The notes beneath the pieces are model-generated. The model worked only from the letters and a program-made list of their open reading frames with translations. It had not been told where the DNA came from and searched no databases. The position numbers were made by a program, and so were the translations under genes. A DNA stretch of 64,000 nucleotides from assembly GCA_037379345.1 (NCBI GenBank), contig CM074511.1:23419171-23483170 (forward strand), given 5' to 3'. How positions within the stretch are numbered: the first letter of the stretch is position 1; the number at the start of each line of letters is the position of its first letter. Origin of the DNA: Perna viridis (taxonomy: Eukaryota). Positions 51,801 to 63,446 of the stretch are shown one piece after another.

Positions 51801-53994
51801 CGCTTGTCAAGAAGGACACAGGGATATTGCAGAACTACTTATTCAAAACGATTGTGATATTGACATGGTAACTGACTCTAAAGTTTCTCCTCTTTATATT
51901 GCATGTGATTTTGGTCATACGACAATAGCCCATCTACTTTTAGTACATAACGCGGATGTAAATCTTTGTAAAGACGGTGGATTTTCTCCGCTGTATGTCG
52001 CCTCTGAGAAAGGTCACAAAGATATTGTTGAATTGCTCCTTAGTAAAAATGCGATTGTAAACCAAACACAGGGTGAAGGAGCAACTCCACTTTATGTAGC
52101 TGCTGAAGGGAAACACTATGATATTGTGAAACTTTTGATGGAAAACGAAGGGGATCCAACCATTAATACGACTTCCGGCCTATCTGCAATGCAAGTTATG
52201 TGTGAAGCTGGAAATAGGAATGTAGTTGAGATATTTCTAGAAAGCAATGTTAATCCAAATGTAACATTTCAGAATGGATCGACTCCTTTAACAGTAGCCT
52301 GTGAAATAGGTGATCAATATATGGTTGAGTTGTTAGTAAGTTACAATGCAGACGTGAAGAAAACAACTGAAGAAGGACTATGTCCGCTGTATATCGCTAC
52401 TGAAAATTACCAAACCGAAATTGTAAATTTCCTGCTAGAAAAGAAGGCTGATCCCGACCAGCGAACTTCGAACGAAGGTTTTTCGTCGCTTTATCTGTCA
52501 TCTCAACAAGGAAACTGGGATATAGCGGAGATTCTGCTTAATTATGACGCAGATACAAATATCAAGACGAAAAAAAGCTCAACACCTCTTCACGTTGCAT
52601 GCATTTTAAATCATCTTGCAATAGCTGCTCTCTTGATTGAAAATGGGGCCGAAATAAATTTAGCTACAAGCGAAGGCGGTACGCCACTTTATTTAGCATG
52701 TCAGGAAAATAACTTCCCAATCGTGAAGTTGCTTATTCAACATGGAGCTTCAGTAAACCAAGCAACAGATATCGGTGCTACCCCACTTTATAAAGCATGT
52801 GAAAAGGGTAATAGTGCAATAGTGGGTTTCTTGTTAACTAATAAAGCGAATCCTGATTTGTGCAAAGAAAACGGATTTTCGCCACTGTATTCAGCGTGTG
52901 AGATGGGACATTTAGATATTGTGGCTATGCTGTTGAAAACAAAAGCCAAAGTCAACTTCGTGACGACGGGTGGTGTTTCACCATTGCACATTGCATGCAG
53001 AGAAAATCACATCGAGATAGTGGAAAAACTTATCAACCACTATGCTTTCACAAACCTAGGTGACAACAACGGTCTATCTCCTCTTCATATGGCATGTGAA
53101 AAAGGGTGCCTCTCTATTGTTAAACTTTTACTCGCTCGAAACGCGGATGTAAACCAAAAACAGAATGACGGAAAATCTCCGTTACATATTGCCGTCGAAA
53201 AAGACTTTCTTGAATTGTCTCAATTGTTGCTAAAACATCATGCTAAAGTAAATGCAACCGACAACTCTGGTGCTTCACCACTTTTTGTTGCATGTGAGAA
53301 TGGACATTTCAACATTATAAAAGTTCTTTTAAAAAGAAATGGTGATATTAATCAAGGAAACAAGGCTAAGGCCTCGCCACTTTTTATAGCATGCGCAAGA
53401 GGTAACAGAAAAGTAGTCGAACATTTACTTCGAAATAACGCCGATGTTAATGCTAAAACAAGGAGAGGCCATACCCCACTGTCAATCGCTCGGCAAAACA
53501 GTCACTATGAAATCGCCGATATCTTAGCTAATACCGGTCTCGTTAAATCAAAACCGGAACCGCAGAATTTTGAGAAAGGTTTTCAAGAACCGCAGTTCTT
53601 TAACCCGGGACTTATGGCGCGGCTTGCCACTATTTACTCATTCGACGAACCAGATACGGAAGAAAAGTTTCAAGAAAACGAGGATTACATCATTAAAGAG
53701 GAAGTCGATCAGGAAGAATTCGAGTCGAATGACCAAAATATAGAATGTCGTTTGAAGACATTTGTAGATAGCCAAGAGACTTTTTCAAAAGACGAGAAAA
53801 CAGACGAAACTACTGTTAGACCAGAATTAACAAATACAAGTAGATCTAAGAAAACTGTAGATAATGAAATCGAACAAACAACTAAAGGAAAGAATGATGA
53901 CTTCGAGCCTCCTTCCAAGGAACAAAGAAATAAATTTAAAAGTATTGTAGAACGAAAAGTTATGCGAAAAAGTGCACTTTGCATCATTTTGTAA
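45596..53994 (+). CDS. NLR-like protein, 2297 aa: DZIP3-like HEPN / nSTAND3-type NTPase / ~47 ankyrin repeats / CaaX. Exons 45596-45809, 46267-46481, 47021-47174, 47684-53994
   Basis: All three introns are GT-AG with matching phases (1,0,1). The spliced length is 6894 nt (2298 codons) with no internal stop. An in-frame TGA lies between the acceptor at 45581 and the ATG. HEPN-like segments: 'DTSVGADLFRIEFYKN' and 'AIERTGG'. NTPase segments: 'WRELDNNFIET', Walker A GESRNGKT (47800-47823), Walker B LLIIDNFCG (47935-47961). 33-aa G-x-TPLxxAC repeats follow, and the protein ends KVMRKSALCIIL*. Confidence 0.92.
46267..46481 (+). CDS. Coding exon 2 of the NLR-like gene (HEPN core)
   Basis: tttttgttgtAG acceptor; reads DNSSEGLSTELLLILVQAL...DTSVGADLFRIEFYKNYILSQ...ELTE; donor GAG|GTATGT, phase 0. 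Confidence 0.88.
46705..46885 (-). mobile_element. Penelope-like 3' end fragment, antisense in intron 2 of the NLR-like gene
   Basis: gagtaatcaagggaaccaatg...gcaaatgagcaactcgaactccactaaaaactgggagcatggaccag is the reverse complement of 17013-17194. Confidence 0.88.
47021..47174 (+). CDS. Coding exon 3 of the NLR-like gene (end of HEPN plus helical linker); absent from the ORF track
   Basis: ttctttacAG acceptor; reads AIERTGGEILPKKNNEIQSLLDNEEIEYIIELLQQQKEEFSSNDPIPKSVK; donor AAG|GTAACA, phase 1. Confidence 0.88.
47684..53994 (+). CDS. Terminal 6311-nt exon of the NLR-like gene (NTPase, ankyrin array, CaaX tail)
   Basis: ttattacAG acceptor at 47682-47683, in frame with the 2079-aa ORF. Confidence 0.95.
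48901..53537 (+). repeat. Coding array of about 47 ankyrin repeats (~99-nt period, highly diverged at DNA level)
   Basis: Manual count of consecutive 32-35 aa units, from DAAVPLYISSFMG to GHTPLSIARQNSHYEIADIL. Confidence 0.93.
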
Positions 53995-54182
53995 TGGTGC
54001 TTGGCGATTGCAAGTAAATGAAAGTATATGTTTTGAATATTAAATATTATTTAATATCATTGGAAATTACTAACTCTTTAAATTTAAATTATCTAATTAA
54101 GTTCACTGACTGTGAAAATGTGTGGGTCGTCTCAAGTAATTTCCTCATTTTAGTTAAAAGCTCCCAGAAGACCGTATATGGC

Positions 54183-54261
54183 TATTTCGACATTCAGTAG
54201 ATTCTGTTGAAGGGTGAGGCGTCAGCCGAATCCCTCCAACAGATCTACTAAATGTCTAATA
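54183..54261. repeat. Palindrome centred on ggcgtcagcc, about 190 bp past the NLR-like stop codon
   Basis: gacattcagtagattctgttgaaggg ... ccctccaacagatctactaaatgtc. Confidence 0.8.
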
Positions 54262-55816
54262 CCCAAAGGCTGGGCTCCGCTACCTCCAACTGCTAACAGA
54301 CATTTACTAATACAAACCACGCAAGCGGCCGTCGTGCAAGATCTGCAAGGATAGTCAAGACCGTAAAAAAACACCAATCGGGTTGGTTTAGTTTTCGCCC
54401 ATGATCTAAAATAAATTGTTATTTATGTACAGTTAAGTTTCCTTAATTAAATAGAATCAGTCAGAGAATTGTCCCGTGAAATAGAATTAGGGCCACAAAA
54501 ATATCATTGTGGATATCCTGGATAAGTCTAGGGTATGATTATGAAAATGCTTTATATCGTTAAGAATTACCGAATTTTTCCTCCAATCTAATTAAGCCAG
54601 TGATTGAAAATACACGTGGCTTTTTTACCACCTGGCTAAGATTTGATATTCTCCTAAAGGTATACGTTTTTTTTTTCTATCTTGAATTAAACATTTTGCA
54701 TGGGCAGATCCAGTGATTTAAAATCAAAGTACTCTTGTATTGAATCAAAATATATCAACGTTTAAATTTTTATGTCTCAAATTATCATCATTGCAAAAAC
54801 ACTTGTTGGGGATTATTCGAAAGTACAGGTATCAAACGTATCTAAACACAAATTTATGTTGTAACTGATTAATATTGAACTCTTCGGTTCATGTTTAATG
54901 CTTCATTCTGATTACGCAGGAGATTAAAAAGACACGCACACAGCAAAAAATTCTTGATGGATCGTAGTAGTGCACCAATTTGCGTAGTATTCAGGTTCGA
55001 TGTCGGTTTACATGGAACGCCAAGATGAAAGAACACAAAATTCCCCCGACACACTGCATAATAGAACTATAAAATTATAGTTAGCCTGTGTCAGTCTCTA
55101 AATTTGCAAGTCGAAATTAATTCAATTTGTCGACCTCCATGTCGAAACTGTTCAAACTTAAGCCACAATCATTGAAATAAATCATGTCCTTAGATACATG
55201 TCCCTCTCAACTAGCTACTTTTCTCAATTTATAAATTTTATACCTAGATATCGCATAGACACATATGTGTCATGTAAGAACGCTTAGTTTCTGGGCACTT
55301 AGTTCAAGAGACACGTACATTAACATAAACACCCAAGTTCAACAATCGTGTCTGGTGTAGTAAACACTAGCCATGCATTTTAAGGCTCTGGAGTACCCAC
55401 AGCTCTATCATCATAACGCATGGCCGAAATAGCCAAATAGAATGATAATATCACAAGGCCTCCGACTAACACCATTCCCGAGAATTGTACTATAAAAATT
55501 ATCATGCCATAATCTCAGGAAAGTTTTATTTTGTTTCTCAAGATACACGATACAGTGTGCTTTACATCAGGATGGTTTCGGGGGGTTATGCTACACTCTT
55601 GTTAAAAATTTAGTAAAAAAATGAACTTGAATACATGTATATCGGTAGTGAACGACTGGTTTATTCGAGTATAGCAGTAAACAGGTAGTGATGAGAGGTT
55701 AGAGATAAACCATTTTTAATTGGAAACCTAATTAATCAGAATATTTAGTTCGCAATTAAAGTTGTTATATGGGTTTGTTTATTGGTGTAAATAATACATA
55801 ATAAATAATATTAAAG

Positions 55817-55942
55817 AGCTATTTTCGGTCGTTCATGCATGTATGAACGGATCTCTCCACTCCCAAACATAACATGAACGGCCGAATTGAATTTGGGAGC
55901 TCCAAGATCCGTTCATACACGCATGAATGACCGAAAATAGCT
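55817..55942. repeat. 126-bp inverted repeat (38-bp arms, 2 mismatches), MITE-like
   Basis: agctattttcggtcgttcatgcatgtatgaacggatct ... agatccgttcatacacgcatgaatgaccgaaaatagct, plus an inner ctcccaaa/tttgggag pair. Confidence 0.9.
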
Positions 55943-57737
55943 GTCGAATCCTATAATGTTTGCCCAAATTTTGCACGAAATTAAAAACTTTCAACAAAAG
56001 TGGGATTCCGACCCCTGGAACCTTCCCTTGGTCTACCACTGTATTTCTACATTCTATACCATTGTGAACTCAATATTTAATAACAACTCGAGTGGAGAAA
56101 TAATTTAAACCATTCATCACCAAAGGAGAATTTATACATCCATATTTTATCACCATTTATAACTAACAATAAAACCTTTGTCTGGCAGGTGTTGTGTTTA
56201 GTATAACTAGACCAAACATAATTCTGACCAATTTCCCGACCCCAACTTATTCTTGCACGCCAAGGAAGTCTTTGTACTCGATTCGTTTGGTACGATGTAA
56301 ATTGACAGAGGTAAGGAATATTGCTCGACTTGATGGTTCTGACATCTTTAGGTTCTATGGAAACGTTAATATTGACCACCATAACATGCCTGTTTGATCA
56401 AGCTACACGAGTATGAGTCATGTTGGTTGAATGTTTGTGAATGAACAGGTAAAGTAGGGGCACATCCAGAGGTTGTGGCTTCGAGGATTCTCCTTTTGCC
56501 GTAAAATTGTGTTACTATAGTGCACTGTGGGTAAATAGTGAGCAAATAATAGATTGGATCCCCCTTTTCTGGCAGCTCTATGGAATTTCCCCTTTACAAA
56601 ATTTCTTGATCCATCCATGTAATGTATGATTGTTCTGCAAATTCATCTGCACTTAGTTATTTTCCCACAAGAATAGTTTACCAATTTGTACATTTGTACC
56701 GATGATGAAGTTACCTATAAAAACAAACATCATCAGTTACCGGTATAGGATAAAGCTGAATAAAACAAATAAAAAATTAAATTATTAAATTACACTGTAC
56801 AATAAAATTGAAAAAAGATAGCAATTTCCGTATATCCGTTATATCCTTCATTTCGTTCATTATATAGCGATGACAACGTAGCTTCGAGGATACAATTTTA
56901 CTATCTTTTTGAATATAGGTGTAAAACCGCTATTAAAAGGTTCAATTACTTTCTATGTTGAATTAAGCAATTATCAAGGTCCCAATCTTTTTTTTAAAGT
57001 TTGTTAAAATGAACTTTAACAGGTTTTATCATAGAGGGGACCCTTTAAAGACTCTCTCATAAAATTTGCAGCATACCTTTAATGGCTTCTAAGAAAGGAC
57101 GGTGAAGTGAAAGTATACAGCTAGGTACTAAAAATACTACTTTCCTTTTAAAAATTTGACAAATCAATGGGCTTAAGATCTAGACCATAACAAATTATTC
57201 TCTACATCAGAGTTCAAAACTGTTGTATTCAGTGTGTACCTGACATGATAAGCTTTTAGATGATACCCAGTTTGCATATACTGGCTAAATCACAAAAATT
57301 ATACAATGCATCTTAGGAACTACTTTGTTTTTTACGGACTACTTTCTGGTATGTGCAGGCGACTGGTTCCCCTTGATAGTGGTATTATACATATAACGTA
57401 AAATCACAAAAATCCCCTAAAATATTTCGTAATGCACTGTTAACCAATCAAACGCAGGATATGAGTGACGCTGACAATCAGCTGACTGTTTCTCTATACT
57501 TGTAATTGGAGATTACCCTCGATCTATATGACCCTTGGGTTGATATAGAAGTCTCCGGTTGATACAGATATATATATCTTCAGAATCTACATACATACAT
57601 ACATAACATATAAATACAATTACATAATGCAAATGGAAAAAATAATGTTAATCAAAATAGAAATGTATATACAAGCACGTCTTTATAGAGTACAGTTCAC
57701 AAGAAATGCACCAGTTGCGGATAAGATAATGTCTGGG

Positions 57738-60700
57738 TCAGCGTGAGTCCAACTTTCTCCTAAAAGAATGTTGCATTGTGTAACAATGTCCAATTCCAAA
57801 AAAAAGTTCACTGTAGATGTCGTGTCCCAGAAGACAATACAGTTTTCCGTTCATTAATTGTCGATTGTCATTTGATACTGGGCCATTTGAAATTTGATGC
57901 AGTAATATATCATTTGAATATGAAGCACATAATTGACAATTCCCGGATGTGATTGGTAAAGTCCATAGTTTTGATATTTTCTTGGCTGTTTGCAGACACA
58001 AAGATGAAATGAGACGGTATTTCCGTAAGTTTGATGGTTTGCCTATGTCTATTAGTTCCTTAAATCTAGCGAAGTCACACTGTATTCTAAACATTTTGTT
58101 GTTTAGCTCAGAGGTATTGATGGCAGTATTAACAATATTTTTTCATGAAAATTTAGACGGAAATTCACCGTAGTATATACAGTTCAAAAGGTATTGCTGG
58201 AGATCAAATTTGTGTAAAATATTTATTATGTCCGGTATGAATCCAATCTGTTTCCTTAATGGATGATGAAAATATTGAAAAAGTCTGTAGATGAACACTT
58301 GTTTAGCGAGTGTATCAGTGTTGAGGGTACACAGTTTCTGTAGAAACATCAATTTTCGCTTATCGTCTACGACTGGAATGCGAGGTAAATCCGACATGCT
58401 TTGTCGGATCGTGTCCTGTGAAATCCTTGAATGTGTTTGACAATACAGTGTTGGAAAGTGTTTAGTTTGCATAAATGCTTTTGAGTGTAAGTGTTCCACA
58501 ATTCACTATCATACAGAACTGTAGGTAAAACTGTTTTATTATAAAGACTTGTTACTGTCAATGGATTCATTAGATGTGAACCCATCCCAACAATAGCGAA
58601 GAACGCTTTTCTAGCAGTTTGGCATGACAAGTTAATGTCAGATGCGCAATTTAATTCAGTAGTTCTCAATATGCCTAAGTGTTTCACGGAATTAACTGGA
58701 TTGAGATAATTATTTCCAAGTTTAAAGGTAAGTTTTGAATGTTCTTTATTCTTTTTTTGGAGTATCACATAAGATGGTCGATTTATCAGGATTGAATTTG
58801 AACCTGCATTTCTGAGAATAACATAACGCAATATTCAACATTTCCTGAAGACCATTCGGTGTCATATTAATGCAGGTAACATTATCAGCTAATGACAGAT
58901 TGTAGGTCGTCAAGTTCCCAATGTTAGCACATGATTTCGCTTATTGCAGTTGATTGAGGAGATCGTTAATATATACTAGATACAGTAAGCCTGAAAGCGC
59001 GCCACCGTGACGAACTGCCTGCTTGATTTTGAATTTCTCAGAATTAAATTATTGCACATTACTGAACTTGTGATATTTTGGTAACAATCATATATAATTT
59101 TCAGGTATATTTTGTGTATTTCTAGTTCATGAAGTTTATATATCATGCCGGAGTGCCACACAGTGTCAAATGCACGTGAACTATCCAAAAATGCTACATA
59201 CAATTTACTGTTCAGCTCAAGGTTATAATATTGAGTTTCTTGGAAGTTAAATGAAGCAGTTACACTGCTTAAGGTAGATTGAAAGCCTTGTTGTATATTT
59301 GGAAAATGAGTCTGTTGTTGTAATAAGCATGATGACAAACAATCCTTCAGAACGGATTCAATAAGTTTACATACTGCTGGTAGTAACGATAATGGTCGGT
59401 AACTCCGCGGATCTGATTTGACTTTTCCTCCTCCTTTATAAATCGGTACCAGTGTTCCATATTTCCAACATTTCGAAATTTTACCTTGTCGTAAACATGC
59501 ATTAAATAAATTTAGAATTTCACGTTTGAATTTTGCTCCACAGTTACGCAAGTGTTCGTTTTGCAATTTGTCGAAGCCTAGAGCTTTTCGTAGTTTCAGA
59601 TTATGTATTGCCTTTACTAGTTCGTCAATAGAGACCAAATCACATGGTATGTCCAAATGTTCATTGAGAGGTGTCTGTAGAATGTCATGCAACGTCCGAT
59701 CAACTACAGTTTTAAAATGTATATCTTGATCGTTCTCTGGCGACGGTGTGTAAACATCACTACAGTATTAAAATATCTGATATTTCTAGTGGAAGGTCAC
59801 TAGATTTGTCGTTGTAGGTGAGTTTAGAGAGCACTGGCTTTTTACGTTGTTTTCACCGAGAAATAAGTTTCCAAAATAAACGAACGTCGCAACCTGCTGC
59901 TGCTTTGCATGGACAAGTACGACAATGGTTTTTGGCAGATTTATAATACGTATATGAGGGAAAGTCATGGCCTCTAGGTCGACCTTCTGAAATTCATTGT
60001 TGGTGAGCTAAGCGTTCGGTGCGATGAGCAAGTTTTACATCGTCATTCCAGTATGGCTTTGTTCATCTATTAAAGCGGTTATTGGGTATACACGATTCAG
60101 CTGTCGACAACAATAATTCAGTAAGTTGTTGAGCAGTTGCGTCAATATCACAATTTGTCGAAATTCTAAGATTGTTTACAGAACTTTGGTCATCATTTAA
60201 TGTTTTATAACTGTTGATGTTTAATTTTGTCGCTTTGTGCCATGATGGCCAAGCAAGATCACTGGTATGAATCAATATCGGCATCATAGGAATATCAATG
60301 TTGATAATAATAGACAGATGATCGGACGTTTAAGCTAATGTTCCTTCTTCTACGACAGCACAGGAATTTACAAAAGTATTCAAAGAATTATCCACAAGAA
60401 TGTAATCAAGCGTGGTTTTACAGGTAATATAGATATATGTCGACCCAACAGACATGTCCATATTTACAGCGACCATTCCGTTATTTAAGATGAGATCGGA
60501 AAACTCGGTGGATTTATAAACATTGGTATGACACAGGTCTCGTTCGATAACACTAGTATTAAAGTCTCCGACGACTATTACATATCCGTATCGTGAATAG
60601 AAATTGATGTAGTCATTCAAAATATTGATTTCATACTTGTATTCATCAATGTTATTGTTTGACGGTAAAGACACGGAAAATGTGAATATAGACTGATTTG

Positions 60701-61528
60701 ATCTTGTCTTAAATTCTACCCCGATGATGCGTTTTGATTGATTACATTCGAGTTAGATAACATTGAAATTTATTTCTTTACGGCATAAGATTGCTACGTC
60801 TCCTTTACCGCATCTGTAAGTCTCTTGTTTCACAGATGTATCTGCAGAAGCTTAAGGCGTATAATTACGATCAATGCTATCGAGGAAGTTCAACGAATGT
60901 GGAAGCAATTTATGTTCACTTATTAAAGCTATGTTGCATCGGCTATACTGGCCCCGTGCAGATCCGGGTGTCAAAAGAATAGGCCTGTAGCAGCGCTAAG
61001 CTTGTTGTACAAGGCGACTAAATAGTGCTCAGAAACCTAGCCGGGGCTAGGCGCTCTGCCTACAGCAACTTGGATGTGTGTCCCAGGTAATGGAATGGGG
61101 TACCCCTGGCGTGTTACATGCTGGGGTTGTCAGGTTATAATACGGAAAAATAGTGGTGCACCGTGTTGGGAAAGATGTTACGTTCCTCGCAAGTTAGAGA
61201 ACCCTGCTGTGGTATTCGATAGGAGTAGGAACCTTTGCGCTCCGCCACAGGAGGCTAAATTTCCCGATCTTAACAAATCCCTTCCTTTTTTCTAGTGGCA
61301 ATCAAAATTTGTCGGCCCTATTAACTTTGTGTCCCATCTCATTTTTTCATTTCATCATCATTTCATGTTCATTTTATCGTCCATTTTATGTTCATCATCT
61401 GAATAAAGCTGAAATATTGCTGCTCTGACGTTAAACCCCAACAATCAATCAATATTCTGAAACAAGTCCGATAAGCACGCTGCAGACGACATAATCCCTC
61501 TAACGTTCCAAACAACAGCTGATAACAT
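57738..61528 (-). pseudogene. LINE ORF2 (endonuclease and reverse transcriptase), disrupted
   Basis: ORF fragments 60330-60674, 60063-60287, 58976-59692, 58367-58831, 58143-58499 and 57738-58094 are collinear in the expected domain order. Confidence 0.9.
60941..61450 (+). mobile_element. SINE-like (non-autonomous retroposon) insertion of ~510 bp inside the LINE endonuclease, in opposite orientation
   Basis: A GC-richer block splits the reading ...DLFQNID / CNIALISEHK.... It ends in gctgaaatattgctgctctgacgttaaaccccaa plus a (CAAT)n tail. Confidence 0.82.
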
Positions 61529-61543
61529 AATTAATAATAAGAT

Positions 61544-63446
61544 TAAGGACGTACTCTTCATGATGATTGGTGTGAACTTTGCTCAGTTAACCAATCGTTC
61601 CATTCGCGAATGTTATACCAATGTCGACATATCATTCCAGGAGGCCATAACGCTTTGTCTTGTACTAAGTCACGAAACTCGGACGGAGCGTTAAATCAGA
61701 CATTCTTTCTTTCTTGGGACGAAAAAATATGATATTTGACGCCGTTACATCTTTGCACTCTAAGAATTCAGACATGGCTTGTCGGGTAGAATTTATGTCA
61801 ATGTAAGTAACATAGAAGCGTGAAGTTCTTTTACTGTTTACGGCTTGAAAAATGTCGGTGTTCGACTGTGTATTGAAGGAACTTCGTTCACTCTCACGAT
61901 CTGTACTCGAAGCTGACCAATAATTTCAGGATGCGAGGTTTCTGACGACAAATTCACACATACCGGAATTCGATATGATTTCACGTTTTCGGGCGGAAGC
62001 CGGTTTCGAACAACTGAAATATATAACTTTCGATTTAAGGTTGACATTTCGTAGTCGCAAACGTTTATTGGTGGAATCAAATGTAACTTGGGATCATCAT
62101 TACAGCTAATTGGCACAAAATTGTCTCTATAATTTAGATCTGAGTCAGTATTAACTGTTAACGTAGATTTCTCTATCGCTGCGTTGTGAACAGTGTTTGT
62201 ATTATCGCCTAAGGAGGTCACACTGTTTCCCCGACTAATGTCACTATCTGTAGACATGACGTTTGATTATTTAACGGGTGATTGAATTTACATAATTGAC
62301 GTTTGAATAGAATTTATACAACCGCTATTTTTCTTCACTTCAGTTTTCAGATCTGATATTTTATAACAGTACGTATTAAAGTCAAATGCGCCGATGCTTT
62401 CACGTGCAGAGTCAAATGTTTTGACAGTAGATTCACATTTTTGAATTTTCGGTTGAAAACGATCAAAAGTATTAACGTTAGCTTCTAAAATATCTTCAAG
62501 TTCAGTTATTTTATCTTTCAATTCTTTTTCTCGTTCGTCTTTAAGACTTTAACAACTTTTCAAGGGTGGCAACTCTCTCTAAGAGCGACTATATGACTAC
62601 GGACATTTCAACATTGTGAACTGGGTTTTCAATTTGTTCATTTTCAACACTTTGTGCTGGTTTACTGGATTTACTAAGGACACTTTCAATCTCAGAATCG
62701 TCACCGTTTATAAACATATTGATAACGAAACAGTCTTTGGCATATTTTTTAACATTTGAACTGAAGGTGGTTGTTTTTCTCTAGCAGAGTTTTCTTTTTG
62801 GATATCCATTGATTGACGGGGCCCTCCCAAGGAGTACATTTCTATTCCAAGTTATTAAACTTTCATTGTTGTCACTAAGTTGGGAAAGTTTCTGAATATA
62901 AAGTTCTCTAGGTAACCCGTGTTAAAACATTATCGAAAGTTTAATGTTTGTTGAGACGGGATATAGGAGTCTTGTGACAATGTTAAGTCATCTTGTGAAT
63001 TCATGTTCATTGAGCTGACGGGATACGGTTGTGTTTTGTTTACATATGACTGATCGGACCAGTGTTCACTGTGTGATAATTCGAATTGTTCATAATCTAT
63101 GGACTTTCGTGAAGTTAACGTTTCTGTGCCAATGTAAGTGTATTCAGTGTCACTGTGCAACACTGGGCATTTTTGTAATATCCATATCTATATTGCCCTA
63201 TCATAGGAATCATATCAATTGAAAGGGTTTTCTATCTATACATTTAGCTGCAGCATGTACTACGAGTATTATGCATTGTTTTTAAGATAAAAGTTGAAGA
63301 ACCCTGTCTTTGTTCACACTAAACACCTTAACTTGAAATCTCTTCCACCAATTTTAGTAAAATTTGATTGTTTTTTCATTTGACTTAGCAAAGTTTTCTG
63401 TCACATATTGATTTGATACTGTTTTCTGTTGTGAATGCATGTCCAT
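61544..63446 (-). pseudogene. LINE ORF1, disrupted
   Basis: Fragments 62930-63163, 62288-62521 (coiled-coil-like) and 61838-62257, plus a C-terminal WPPGMICRHW, lie directly upstream of the ORF2 ATG. Confidence 0.65.

Noticed and set aside
48432-53987. Several minus-strand ORFs of 67-153 aa inside the ankyrin exon
   Set aside because: Antisense shadows of a long coding frame, with no recognisable motifs.
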